From sequence record PV029745.1: a stretch of DNA of 64,000 nucleotides, one strand, 5' to 3'. The translations under genes were made by a program, and so were the position numbers. This document shows, one piece after another, positions 48,384 to 58,058 of this stretch. The notes below the pieces were generated by a model. It was not told the origin of the DNA. It ran no database searches and saw only the letters and a list, made by a program, of their open reading frames with translations. How positions within the stretch are numbered: position 1 is the first letter of the stretch; each line of letters opens with the position of its first letter.

Positions 48384-49670
48384 ATGACAATGTACGTGCT
48401 TGTACGTTCTAGGTATCGCCCTAGTCGCCGAGGTGGTCGGTGGCAGGAAGCGGACTTTACAAATGAGCTAGTAACTACACTAGCTGCGAAGTATGGGGAT
48501 ATTTATCTCTACATCCAATATCCTGGCCAAGGTGAGCCTGTAACAAGAGCACTGCACTGGGTTAATGTTACTAACTGGCTAAACGATGTTGAACCAACTG
48601 TTACTGTTCAAGAGTGGTTAACCTCTTTAGGTAATAAAGCTCTACCTTTTGATGCAGAACTACCTAACGAAAAAATTCGTTTGGTAAAGTATGCTCAAGC
48701 ATGGCACTGTGGTTATAACTTTACCCCAGTTGCTCGTGGAGGCCATCCTTTAGATCAAGGGAGTGATTTCCATAAGGAAGATCTCCTTATGACTCATCCA
48801 AAACATCAGCCTTCAAAGATCAGAGATTATTCCATGATCTCTGTTAATGGTTATTTCCATTTATGTGACTATACCAGTGCTGGTGTAAGGATTATTGATG
48901 GAAATACGACGTTACGTAAATGTAACGATAACCAAATTGGTGTTTACAGTTTCGAAACTATTGGTAAGCTTACTTTTGTTCCTATTGTTGACAGTATGAT
49001 TAGCGGACTTAATCCCACTGCCCCTTTGTGGGATGGTACTTATCTAACCATGCCTGAGAATGTTGACATCGAGAATAAAACTGTATTGCTTGTTACTGGC
49101 GGTTATCTAAACGTTCTATCTAGTGTTTATAATCGTGTAGGCGAAAGAACATGGAGAGTTCAGTTTGGTAACATGATGTTTTTAGATCGTTATCTAGAGT
49201 CATACCACGCAATGGATCTCTCTTCTCTCGGATTAACATTCGATAAAGAGAACCCGACTCTATTCAATGTAGATGAACTCAAAAACAATGATGTTATCCG
49301 AAAGTATTTAACTCTTAGTCAGAGTTTCTTTGTAATCGTTGATTCCCAATCATTCTTCCAGGAATACGAAGCTGTAGAATATCTCAATCTACCTGGACGT
49401 TACTTCGATAACAAATACGATAGATCGCCTCTCGTTGGTGCGTATGGTAGGATGCTAGATTATCACACAATCAAAGAACCTCACCATGAAGGTATAATCC
49501 CTCAACATGAAAATATGTATGTCTACTGCGCTGTATTAAACCGTAGGAATTCCTATGATGCTAATACGCGAGCATGGCCTGAGCAAGAGATCGTTGATGG
49601 TGGACGTTATCCAGCTCATCCGTTTAGAGACGAGACAGCATATTATCGAATTTTAGGGGTTGAAGGTTAA
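48384..49670 (+). CDS. Virion structural protein (phiKZ gp130-like)
   Basis: ISVNGYFH and LLVTGGYL motifs; synteny between gp131-like and the portal. Confidence 0.65.
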   Translation: MTMYVLVRSRYRPSRRGGRWQEADFTNELVTTLAAKYGDIYLYIQYPGQGEPVTRALHWVNVTNWLNDVEPTVTVQEWLTSLGNKALPFDAELPNEKIRLVKYAQAWHCGYNFTPVARGGHPLDQGSDFHKEDLLMTHPKHQPSKIRDYSMISVNGYFHLCDYTSAGVRIIDGNTTLRKCNDNQIGVYSFETIGKLTFVPIVDSMISGLNPTAPLWDGTYLTMPENVDIENKTVLLVTGGYLNVLSSVYNRVGERTWRVQFGNMMFLDRYLESYHAMDLSSLGLTFDKENPTLFNVDELKNNDVIRKYLTLSQSFFVIVDSQSFFQEYEAVEYLNLPGRYFDNKYDRSPLVGAYGRMLDYHTIKEPHHEGIIPQHENMYVYCAVLNRRNSYDANTRAWPEQEIVDGGRYPAHPFRDETAYYRILGVEG

Positions 49671-49675
49671 AGCAA

Positions 49676-49706
49676 CATATTGCCCGGCTCAAGGCCGGGC
49701 TTTATG
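49676..49706. terminator. Bidirectional hairpin terminator, CATA..TATG family
   Basis: catatt-gcccggc-tcaag-gccgggc-tttatg. Confidence 0.85.
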
Positions 49707-49709
49707 TCG

Positions 49710-52406
49710 TTAACGGAAGTCAGATGTATCTTCTTCGTCTTCCAGTTCATCCTGTTCAGCGGCCGATATTGGATCTTCAAGACCCTCAACTTGCGGCTCA
49801 TCTTCGGGATTAGTTTCATCGGTATTTTCACTGGACGATTCATCCATGTCAGTGATATCACTATCACCAGCTGGAGTATCACCTGTACCACCATCAACAC
49901 CAAGGTCCGTATCAGAACCATCTAAATCAGAGAAGGAGTCATCTCCAGACTCGTCATTATTATCATTGTTCCAACTGTCACCACCACCTACATCATCAGC
50001 TCCATCGATAGTAGATTTATACTTAGCCTCAAGACGCTTCTTAGCTTCTTGTTGATGCTTAGCATAGCTAAGGATAGCAGAGCCAACAGTTTCCTGTTGT
50101 ACGTTCAGCCAATCCAGCAAGCTGAATGCAGGTTTATCACCATCCATTTCTGTAAGAACATTAAGTTCCGGAAGGATGTTGTGTGTTGCCATAAACTGAC
50201 GTTTAAATACAGCTTTCAACTGAACCATTATCTGGTCAGACAGACCAGGTATGGAAGTAAACTCATCGGGGAAGAGTTCGCTGGTGATGTAGTTTTCCAA
50301 GCCCATAGTCAGAAGTCGATCATAGGCATCCATCGATTCTGCTTGACGTTCATGTTGAGTATTATCGGGTGCCGGTAGAGAAACCTCAATGGCAGTGATA
50401 AACTCATCAACTACTTCTTCAACTGTCAACTGTTTAAGTTCAGGCGATGTCAACATGTCAACGTTGTCTTGAATGATTTTGTACATTTGATTACGCAGGA
50501 TAGAACTGTGCGTTACAAATACACGAATGAATTTAGACAAGTGTTGACAGAACGCTTTCTGTTTCTCTTTAACACGTCGAGACATTACAAGGTCATTCTG
50601 TACCACAGAAGTAGCGAAGTCTGGAGAAGACATCGGGTCTACTTTCTCAGGTGGTACACCCATACCCGAGATGTGCATACGGCGAAGGCGATCTTGTAGA
50701 TCAGGATTCCCAGTATTAACGTTGGTATTGTAATCGTCGTATTGCACCTTTGTCTCTGCGTAGTCAGCACCATTGGTGTTGATTTCAAAGTCAAAGCCAG
50801 AACGAATCAGATGGTCCATCGCTTGCGTAGGGTCAGGGGCAGCCAGAGGGAAACTACGGTGCGCCGATTCCATGATATTCGATTGGATATTACTGATTGT
50901 TTGTTCCGGATCTGTATCGTCGGGATCAAGAGTAATACTTACACGCTTACGACCAACAGCATTACGCATACCCCCAATAGCTTCTGCCATAAGAAGAGTA
51001 GAACGCATGGTTGCGATAATCTTCGAGCGAGACAGAAGAGTTTCACCAATGCCATTTTCGTTATAGTCGAATGCAATATAAACTAAAAGCTCTGCCGGGA
51101 TGAATACCAGTTGAGTATGTTTAGCTTTCCAAGAACGATACAACATGATCCTCTGAATTTCTTCAGTTAGACCGATCTCAATTTCCTGATCATACATGCC
51201 GTTACGAAGACGGTTGTTAAGATCATTCACAATAATCGCGTTGTATGTTTGCTGGATTTCATCCACTTCGAAATCTTGTTTAGAAGTATTAGCACCCATC
51301 GCTTCCCGAGTAAGGCGTAGAACTTCAGAACTGTTGTCGTTATTCTTACCACCTTTCCAACCTGATTGAAGCTCACCATAAAAATCTCGGGTTGAGTCTT
51401 TGGAGAGCGGGTAACCATGTTGGTCGACCAACAAGAAATAGCCGATGTGTTCATGTGGGCGCCCCTGTACGAATACTGGTACAATGGATTCCATTGGAAG
51501 AGGGAGAGTCAATGGATGTCCAACCGAAGGCCGATTCATGTACTTAGGAGCTGTGATTACCTGAGTATGTTCAGTGCCACCTAGTCTATTCTGATAAAGC
51601 TGTTCGATTTCAGCGTTACCGAATTTATGAACAGCGTTTTCCATCGAGATCTGGTTACCGCGAAGCTTACGCGCAATATTCATTTCGCGTACACGTTGTG
51701 ACATCGATGGAACTTTGAGAATGTTAAAGTTATCCGTTACAGTGAGGAGCTTATCTCCACGAATACGGTTAGCTGTAGCATTATCATGATATCCCTCAAG
51801 AGAGATATTGTTCTTATCTGGGTGACCAAGGAAACCCAAGTTTTCATTAGTTGTATTCTGGACACGATCTCTAATAGAGGAGAAAGTTTCCATAGATACC
51901 TGGCGACGCCCATTAATAAGGTTATCTAGAACGTTTTCAGGGAGAACAGCTAAGATGGAAGCACCCTTACGGAACAAGCAATCCCGAAGGATCAGGTCCA
52001 GACGCTCGTCAATCTTATAGTCTCGTTTAAAGTACGTTTCAACTGGCTCAAGCAAAAGCTTTGCAATCTCGCTATCAAAGATAGCTGGATCAATAGCGAA
52101 TGTGAGGTCCGTATCCGAAAGTGCTTTAGGATCGATGATACTACCGACGTATACTGTTTCTACCAACTCTAGGTCTGGTAGCAACTGCATAATAGAGTCG
52201 GAGTCAACGATCTCTTGCGAAGTATCACGCGAAACCTTATCTAATGTGAAACGGTTTACGTTCACACGAGGCTTTGCTGCTTCGCTGCCAATTGCGTTCG
52301 GGTCCTTACGCAACAGGTTGAGGAGGGCGTTAGTCGGAGTTGCTTTCGATCCTAAACGGAGCGTCTGCAACTTTGGGTACGCTACCTCATTCGTTTGTCG
52401 AGCCAT
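49710..52406 (-). CDS. Portal protein (phiKZ gp129-like); start moved to MARQTN
   Basis: ~900 aa; LLPDLELVETVYVGSIIDP, GYFLLVDQHG and VPPEKVD; long acidic C-terminal tail; RBS aggag. The portal call rests on recalled family resemblance and synteny. Confidence 0.75.
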   Translation of the reverse strand: MARQTNEVAYPKLQTLRLGSKATPTNALLNLLRKDPNAIGSEAAKPRVNVNRFTLDKVSRDTSQEIVDSDSIMQLLPDLELVETVYVGSIIDPKALSDTDLTFAIDPAIFDSEIAKLLLEPVETYFKRDYKIDERLDLILRDCLFRKGASILAVLPENVLDNLINGRRQVSMETFSSIRDRVQNTTNENLGFLGHPDKNNISLEGYHDNATANRIRGDKLLTVTDNFNILKVPSMSQRVREMNIARKLRGNQISMENAVHKFGNAEIEQLYQNRLGGTEHTQVITAPKYMNRPSVGHPLTLPLPMESIVPVFVQGRPHEHIGYFLLVDQHGYPLSKDSTRDFYGELQSGWKGGKNNDNSSEVLRLTREAMGANTSKQDFEVDEIQQTYNAIIVNDLNNRLRNGMYDQEIEIGLTEEIQRIMLYRSWKAKHTQLVFIPAELLVYIAFDYNENGIGETLLSRSKIIATMRSTLLMAEAIGGMRNAVGRKRVSITLDPDDTDPEQTISNIQSNIMESAHRSFPLAAPDPTQAMDHLIRSGFDFEINTNGADYAETKVQYDDYNTNVNTGNPDLQDRLRRMHISGMGVPPEKVDPMSSPDFATSVVQNDLVMSRRVKEKQKAFCQHLSKFIRVFVTHSSILRNQMYKIIQDNVDMLTSPELKQLTVEEVVDEFITAIEVSLPAPDNTQHERQAESMDAYDRLLTMGLENYITSELFPDEFTSIPGLSDQIMVQLKAVFKRQFMATHNILPELNVLTEMDGDKPAFSLLDWLNVQQETVGSAILSYAKHQQEAKKRLEAKYKSTIDGADDVGGGDSWNNDNNDESGDDSFSDLDGSDTDLGVDGGTGDTPAGDSDITDMDESSSENTDETNPEDEPQVEGLEDPISAAEQDELEDEEDTSDFR

Positions 52407-52441
52407 TTGAAGCTCCTCGTTTAACAAGTGAGTAAATTACC

Positions 52442-54610
52442 ATGAGTAGCATGTATTTTGGAGTTTACCGTGACGATGTCATGAGACTTGCAAGATCTGT
52501 AGTAATCAAGTTTTCTGAAATAGCCAATCAGATTAATGAACGCCTAAAAGAGGTCGGACATGAAGCTGATCCAGCAAGACCGGAGACTTGGAAATATTAT
52601 CAGAACCTTGCTGGTGAGTATCATGAAACAGATGTCATGATGACAGTTCGTTCCGCGGATACTCTTGAAATCATCGATTTCACAAAAGAAAATCTGGCGC
52701 TTCACCGCGCTACTGCGCGAGAGTATATTCCGGGTAGCGTTTTATACAATAGCCTTGTAAGACAGTTCCCAGAACAAGCAGGTTTGATTACTGGAATCTT
52801 ATATCCAATTGACATCCAAACGGCAATAGATTCAAATGATGGGGATATTTTGTACTTTGATCCGAAGTATGTAGAAGATAATGAATACTCTTTCTTCCAT
52901 CAACTTCAGTCGTGGGTTAATGTATTTATTACTCGCTGGTATAACCCGCAGTTTAATTTAACTGACGATCTATACCTTGCAAACTTCCTTGGTCATTTAT
53001 ATACCCGTTTACCTATTGCTATTATGCTTATTCGTCTACGGAATGCAAAGACTAACGAAGCGCATAGTTATCACGTTACGGAATACCTCGCATCTCACCA
53101 AGGGTTGGATGAGTTTATTCCCTATCTTTCTCTTGAGCAACGTTTATGGTTATATCGTAACATTGCGTTTCTGGAACGCAATGCGGGTAAGAAGGAAATT
53201 TGGCAACGTCTTGTTAAGAATATTCTTACACCTCGTGGCATTCCGTTGATCAGTTTTACTATTGAACAAAACAGTTCTAAAATGCCTGAGCAGCATCGAC
53301 CAACCGTCGATATGATAAAACACGACGTTAACTTCCCTGTCGTACAAGAAGGCCAAGAAACGACATCTGTGGCAGACGTTCTTGAAAGGGAAGATGACCT
53401 TGCAAGAGAGAACCCTCTTGTTCGTTTCGATGCTGAGCAAGATATCACCGATAAGATGAGTTCCGATCAATACAGTTGGCTTAGAACTAAAGTTCTTGAC
53501 TCTGAGGTGATTGACCGGTCCAATAGTTCTGTACGTTCATTAATGAGCGTATTGCTGAACGAATGGTTACATTTGGCCTCAAGTGATAAATATAGGGCTT
53601 ATGTTCAAATACCTAATCCTAAGACTGGCGAATTCATGACCATGACGGTTAAAGATGCCTTCATTGTGATGATGTATACCTATGCCAAGGCTCGTGATAT
53701 TCCAACCGATAACATCCCTAGTCTTGTAGCATATGAAGTACTAAGAGATAAGTTACCTACCTTTGGTGAACTTCGACCAGCTGTTGATAAACGTATTATC
53801 CCTGACCGTCTAATTACTGCTGTGCAAGACATGGTTACTCCAATGGGTAACTATATCTCCACTGAGCAGTTCTATCTGGACTGTGTCCGTTTACACAAAG
53901 AATATCTCCTGCAATGGGAAATGTATTCTTTCCAGGAGCATCCTGCTGGTCGTGCTTATTGTGAGCAACTTGTAAAGTTCCATTACATGCATCGGATGTG
54001 TAAACTGGCTCCACCAAATACCAAGTTTGAAGATTATTTCCGTAGAGCATCTTTCGATATCCTCAATCTAAATAAGACTGAGGCAGAACAGATGTGTATG
54101 GATTGCATCAATATTGCGACTGGCTCCAACTTGGTTCGTGTTATTACACTAGGTGAAGTGCAACGTGAATTGCTACGGTTGATGGGTCGTCTATCCAGTT
54201 ATCCTCTTCAATATCTTCGTAACGTTAGCTTTACCGATTTCCATATTCTTGGTATGGTAATGCCGCGTGTGGGGGATATTACAGTAGATGCCGCTGGTAA
54301 CTATATCTGCAACGTCGCTGTTCAAAATGTCAAAGCATATAGAACGTCGGCAGGGCATACGTATCGTGTTGTTGATGATTCTACTTCTCCATTCGTCGAC
54401 TACGTTTATAGTCAACAGGATATGTTCTGGATTAATCCATTTGTAGAAGTGAGAGACCTTAGTTACGCTGACGCCCATTATTACATTCCAGTAAATGGTG
54501 TTAACGTAAGTAATGTTGTTATCGAAACTAATAATTCGCCGAATACAACTGGCGACTTGGATCAATATCAGAATTCCACTGACCCTAACTGGCCGAAACT
54601 TAAGGAGTAA
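52442..54610 (+). CDS. Virion structural (baseplate-type) protein (phiKZ gp128-like)
   Basis: TWKYYQNLAGEYH, DTLEIIDFTKE and LILTP-like NILTPRGIPL motifs; divergent from the portal. Confidence 0.65.
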   Translation: MSSMYFGVYRDDVMRLARSVVIKFSEIANQINERLKEVGHEADPARPETWKYYQNLAGEYHETDVMMTVRSADTLEIIDFTKENLALHRATAREYIPGSVLYNSLVRQFPEQAGLITGILYPIDIQTAIDSNDGDILYFDPKYVEDNEYSFFHQLQSWVNVFITRWYNPQFNLTDDLYLANFLGHLYTRLPIAIMLIRLRNAKTNEAHSYHVTEYLASHQGLDEFIPYLSLEQRLWLYRNIAFLERNAGKKEIWQRLVKNILTPRGIPLISFTIEQNSSKMPEQHRPTVDMIKHDVNFPVVQEGQETTSVADVLEREDDLARENPLVRFDAEQDITDKMSSDQYSWLRTKVLDSEVIDRSNSSVRSLMSVLLNEWLHLASSDKYRAYVQIPNPKTGEFMTMTVKDAFIVMMYTYAKARDIPTDNIPSLVAYEVLRDKLPTFGELRPAVDKRIIPDRLITAVQDMVTPMGNYISTEQFYLDCVRLHKEYLLQWEMYSFQEHPAGRAYCEQLVKFHYMHRMCKLAPPNTKFEDYFRRASFDILNLNKTEAEQMCMDCINIATGSNLVRVITLGEVQRELLRLMGRLSSYPLQYLRNVSFTDFHILGMVMPRVGDITVDAAGNYICNVAVQNVKAYRTSAGHTYRVVDDSTSPFVDYVYSQQDMFWINPFVEVRDLSYADAHYYIPVNGVNVSNVVIETNNSPNTTGDLDQYQNSTDPNWPKLKE

Positions 54611-54612
54611 TC

Positions 54613-55491
54613 ATGTACATTACGAGAGACTATTTACAGTCTACTCCTTGGACATCTATAATCGACATGATCAACGATGCTTGTTTTACCCAATTGTTTC
54701 CGGGTAGTACTAAGCTTGAACAGTTCGAATCACTGGGTGGTACCAAGACTCGTATTGTTATAAGTGTAAATCGCAGTAAGGCTTCCGGTAACTTACTACC
54801 GGAAGTCGAACTCGATACTTATACGTACGATCGATTAGATTTGACGACATTTTTTAGACAAACCCAAGTGCTTGATTTATCGAATGTGGATACTCCATAT
54901 TCCAGTTTAAAGGTTGTCGAAAAATTATCCGAGTTAAATAACATTGTTTTTGATGTAGATGATTTCGAACATACCGAGTATAATGTATTCAACCAAGAAT
55001 TCATTCTCCATGCGAATAAAAAGTCTCTTCGTTTTGTAGGTTTTCTTCGGGTTCGTTTGATTAATACACTACGAAAGGAATTATCTACTTTCAGTAAAGT
55101 TGAATTCCCTGACGTAGGTAAACCTGACAATGTTAAAGCTAATGATCTTTCACTGATCAATGGTACTTATTACATCACTGGATATGACTTTAGTGAACAT
55201 AGAGAGTATCTTCGTCATCTAACAAAGGCTGGTACCCATCCAGATCCTAAGAAGATGGCCGCTATTCTCGCTGAGGTGACGAATAAACCTTGGACAGCAT
55301 CAAAGACACCAGCTTCTCACAACATCGCTTATACTGAAGAAATAGGGGTTCTAAAGTACAGGATCATTTATAATGGCATTGTACTACCTCGATTTAGTGG
55401 GCGTACTGATATACAAAATGTACTTGTTATCGAGTTACATAAAACTTTATGTCAGGATGTCGTTGGCGAAATTAGAATTCATTATAACTAA
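54613..55491 (+). CDS. Virion structural protein, adaptor family (phiKZ gp127-like)
   Basis: YTYDRLDL motif; AHANKKSLRFVG-like HANKKSLRFVG closing strand. Confidence 0.65.
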   Translation: MYITRDYLQSTPWTSIIDMINDACFTQLFPGSTKLEQFESLGGTKTRIVISVNRSKASGNLLPEVELDTYTYDRLDLTTFFRQTQVLDLSNVDTPYSSLKVVEKLSELNNIVFDVDDFEHTEYNVFNQEFILHANKKSLRFVGFLRVRLINTLRKELSTFSKVEFPDVGKPDNVKANDLSLINGTYYITGYDFSEHREYLRHLTKAGTHPDPKKMAAILAEVTNKPWTASKTPASHNIAYTEEIGVLKYRIIYNGIVLPRFSGRTDIQNVLVIELHKTLCQDVVGEIRIHYN

Positions 55492-55500
55492 GGAGTAGAG

Positions 55501-55929
55501 ATGCACGTTAAAAACATGAAATCTAAACTACTCCAACAGTTTAGTATTCAGAACAAGTTGGATCCAGCTATTCGTCCTGAGGATGTTATTTGGACTGGTA
55601 TTGAAATATGGTTGCAGAACGGTAATAACTCAAGAGCTACTATTCAGGCTGTTGGGACAAGCAAGTATTTTAAAGGACAGAAACAAATATTCTTTAATCG
55701 ATATCGAATTGAAGAAGCTCTCAATGGGGTTGTTATTCCAGGGAAGAGAATTGATTATTCAACTATCCATGATGTTATTAAAGTACTCCGTGATAAAGTG
55801 ACTGTACCCGTCGATACTGATGAATTCCTAGATGGTCCTCTAACTGGTAATACGGTTATTTTAAAACCCACTACTCGTTCTCTAGCCTACATTCCAACTT
55901 CACAAGTTGAATTAAGTTTCGAGAAATAA
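55501..55929 (+). CDS. Virion structural protein, adaptor family (single domain)
   Basis: NSRATIQA...FKGQKQIFFNRYRI...RSLAY pattern. Confidence 0.65.
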   Translation: MHVKNMKSKLLQQFSIQNKLDPAIRPEDVIWTGIEIWLQNGNNSRATIQAVGTSKYFKGQKQIFFNRYRIEEALNGVVIPGKRIDYSTIHDVIKVLRDKVTVPVDTDEFLDGPLTGNTVILKPTTRSLAYIPTSQVELSFEK

Positions 55930-55941
55930 AAAAAAATAAAG

Positions 55942-55975
55942 CATATCGCCCTCTCCCGAAGGAGAGGGCTTTATG
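55942..55975. terminator. Bidirectional hairpin terminator, CATA..TATG family
   Basis: catatc-gccctctcc-cgaa-ggagagggc-tttatg; same stem as the 1231 and 6741 copies. Confidence 0.85.
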
Positions 55976-55982
55976 TTGTTAC

Positions 55983-56255
55983 TCATCGCTGTTCAATCGA
56001 CCATACTCTATCGATCTCTTTCATCTCGATCATTCGTAGAGTAGCCCCAAATACAACGACAATACACAACAGCATTGTAATTGAAGTAAGGGACATCTTA
56101 ATGAAATCACGTTTGCCAATCTTTTCAAATGGCACGTAGATGAGATACCTAAACCGATGATTTAGATAAAGAGCAAAGAAAGCAGCGAGAACAGCTATCA
56201 GGAACCACATGTGAAATTCCTGAGTCCACGTCAATACATAACCGAAGACAGACAT
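55983..56255 (-). CDS. Small membrane protein with two predicted TMs
   Basis: MWFLIAVLAAFFALYL and MSLTSITMLLCIVVVFGATL. Confidence 0.75.
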   Translation of the reverse strand: MSVFGYVLTWTQEFHMWFLIAVLAAFFALYLNHRFRYLIYVPFEKIGKRDFIKMSLTSITMLLCIVVVFGATLRMIEMKEIDRVWSIEQR

Positions 56256-56960
56256 TTACACCATCGCCACAAAAGTGCCATCTTTAAAGCCAACTTTACG
56301 TTTAGCTTCATCGTACCATACATCAACACCCATGCGAGCCAGGCCTTCTACGACATATTTATCATAGTTACCTTTACCACGCATAATGGATTTCAGTTGA
56401 CGAGTCAGGATGGTGTGGTTAGTGGAAAGGAACATACCTGGTACGTCAAGGTCTTTAACACGGAGATTACGCGGTAGCAGCGACTCCATGGAAATGTTCA
56501 GTAGCTCCATGCGACGGAGATCTTCACGCAGAGCCCGAACATTATAAACCATGGCCAGTCTGATGTCACCACCTTTACGGAGATGTTCCTCGGTCAGATG
56601 TGGCAGAGTTGCGGTTGGATCAACAATCACTGCTCTTTCACCAGAACTTTGCACGACTGGATCGAGGTAAGGGTTATGTACAACATATTCCCCATTAACC
56701 CAACGATACAAATCCAAAGTAGAAGTTACTTTGTAAGTTGCCTCAGGATCACCCCGCAAAGGAAGATCATCGACAGTAAGGACATCAATAGACATACTCT
56801 CTCCTTTGCCTTTAGGGAGTTCAGTTGGACTATAACTGCTAGCGTCCATTATGGTTTCAAAGAAATCCATATCATGTTCTACATCACGAATTGCCTTACC
56901 GAACACTTCACGATGAGACGGAATGAACATGGATTTTACAGCGTTGAAAACCTGATTCAT
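56256..56960 (-). CDS. Hypothetical protein containing one fibre-type globular repeat
   Basis: VLTVDDLPLRGDPEATYKVTSTLDLYRWVNGEYV resembles the repeats of 28698..32021; RBS aagga. Confidence 0.7.
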   Translation of the reverse strand: MNQVFNAVKSMFIPSHREVFGKAIRDVEHDMDFFETIMDASSYSPTELPKGKGESMSIDVLTVDDLPLRGDPEATYKVTSTLDLYRWVNGEYVVHNPYLDPVVQSSGERAVIVDPTATLPHLTEEHLRKGGDIRLAMVYNVRALREDLRRMELLNISMESLLPRNLRVKDLDVPGMFLSTNHTILTRQLKSIMRGKGNYDKYVVEGLARMGVDVWYDEAKRKVGFKDGTFVAMV

Positions 56961-57001
56961 TTTGCAATTTCCTTTTGATAGAGTGTATTTATATCACCTC
57001 T

Positions 57002-57009
57002 GTGATATA
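57002..57009 (-). promoter_or_regulatory. Possible early promoter variant TATATCAC
   Basis: One mismatch to TATATTAC; part of the inverted repeat atatcac-ctct-gtgatat; upstream of the 56960 start. Confidence 0.45.
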
Positions 57010-57013
57010 GGCG

Positions 57014-57553
57014 TTATTTATCTTTAAATACAGGATTATCGAAATCATCTTCATAGAGGATATCGATACCTACAATATCAACCACCTGCTCATTGTCATT
57101 CAGTTGATATCTAAACCCAACTGTAAGAGGAAGCAGATTATAAAGGGCATTCAGATCACGGGCCAAGGGACCTGTTGCGGTAACATCCAAAATCAATACA
57201 TGTGGTGTATTGATGGTGTTACTATATTGAATGGACCAACTATCAATAGTAGCACATACACGATTTGCATCTACTACTAGAGAACGAAGAATAATATTCT
57301 CAAGTGAAGATACTTTTACTTGGGGATGACCTAATTCGATTCCTGTCAACAGGAGTTCATTCTTCTTAACAAAAGAAGAATTCTCCCACAGGTGAAGTTG
57401 ACTCAAACCAAATGCATTTTCAACGATTGCTTCTACTCGTTCTTCACCGAGTACAGCAAGATCCCGGCGAATACCAGCGACCATACGTTGGCGCATTTCA
57501 TCGAAGGAAACGGTTACCCGATATTTGGCATTCGGTAGTTTTTCGAATTTCAT
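57014..57553 (-). CDS. Prohead-protease-like paralogue lacking the catalytic Ser
   Basis: IELGHP, RSLVVDANRVCATI, VTATGP, VGFRY and DIVGIDIL align to the gp175-like motifs at 385..1218. Confidence 0.7.
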   Translation of the reverse strand: MKFEKLPNAKYRVTVSFDEMRQRMVAGIRRDLAVLGEERVEAIVENAFGLSQLHLWENSSFVKKNELLLTGIELGHPQVKVSSLENIILRSLVVDANRVCATIDSWSIQYSNTINTPHVLILDVTATGPLARDLNALYNLLPLTVGFRYQLNDNEQVVDIVGIDILYEDDFDNPVFKDK

Positions 57554-57572
57554 TACTCTGCTCCTAGAGGGA

Positions 57573-57599
57573 CATATAGCCCCTCATTAGAGGGGCTAG
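57573..57599. terminator. Hairpin terminator
   Basis: cata-tagcccctc-atta-gaggggcta. Confidence 0.8.
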
Positions 57600-57602
57600 T
57601 TA

Positions 57603-58013
57603 TCAATCTGACAATATGTCGAATGTGATAATTTCTTTCAATACACCAGCCGCATTCTTGAGGCCGCGTACACCAAGTCGCATTGGAATATCGTTCTTGA
57701 TCATCGCATGCATCCGATCATGATTGGGCCCGAATGGACGGATGTATACGTTGAAGCCAATGAGTTTAGCTTTCTCATGTACAGGATCGATACCGAGTAC
57801 TAAAGCTGCACCATTATTGCAGTTGATGGATGTTGCTCGTTTGTAGTCTGTTTCAATGTTACCTGTCATCTTAGGATGACCAAACTCACAAGCGATCACG
57901 CCGGAACGAATATCATTACTAAACTTACTGACTTCATAATTCACATGCATGTATTTTGGAAGTCGATCTAAAGCAATGAATTCTACGCCTACTCCATTTT
58001 CAAATGATAACAT
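57603..58013 (-). CDS. Prohead-protease-like paralogue lacking the catalytic Ser (minimal domain)
   Basis: CEFGHP, RATSINCNN, IRPFGP, LGVRG, EIITFDIL. Confidence 0.75.
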   Translation of the reverse strand: MLSFENGVGVEFIALDRLPKYMHVNYEVSKFSNDIRSGVIACEFGHPKMTGNIETDYKRATSINCNNGAALVLGIDPVHEKAKLIGFNVYIRPFGPNHDRMHAMIKNDIPMRLGVRGLKNAAGVLKEIITFDILSD

Positions 58014-58032
58014 CTCATTTTCCTATGAAAAG

Positions 58033-58057
58033 GTCCCTCCGAAGAGGGACACTTATG
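58033..58057. terminator. Hairpin terminator
   Basis: gtccctc-cgaa-gagggac-acttatg; cUUCGg on the minus strand; closes the nvRNAP operon. Confidence 0.8.
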
Positions 58058-58058
58058 T

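Noticed and set aside
1216-55936. Poly-A tracts at about 1216, 2883 and 55927 as phase-variation sites
   Set aside because: All are intergenic next to terminators or starts, so they cannot shift a reading frame.
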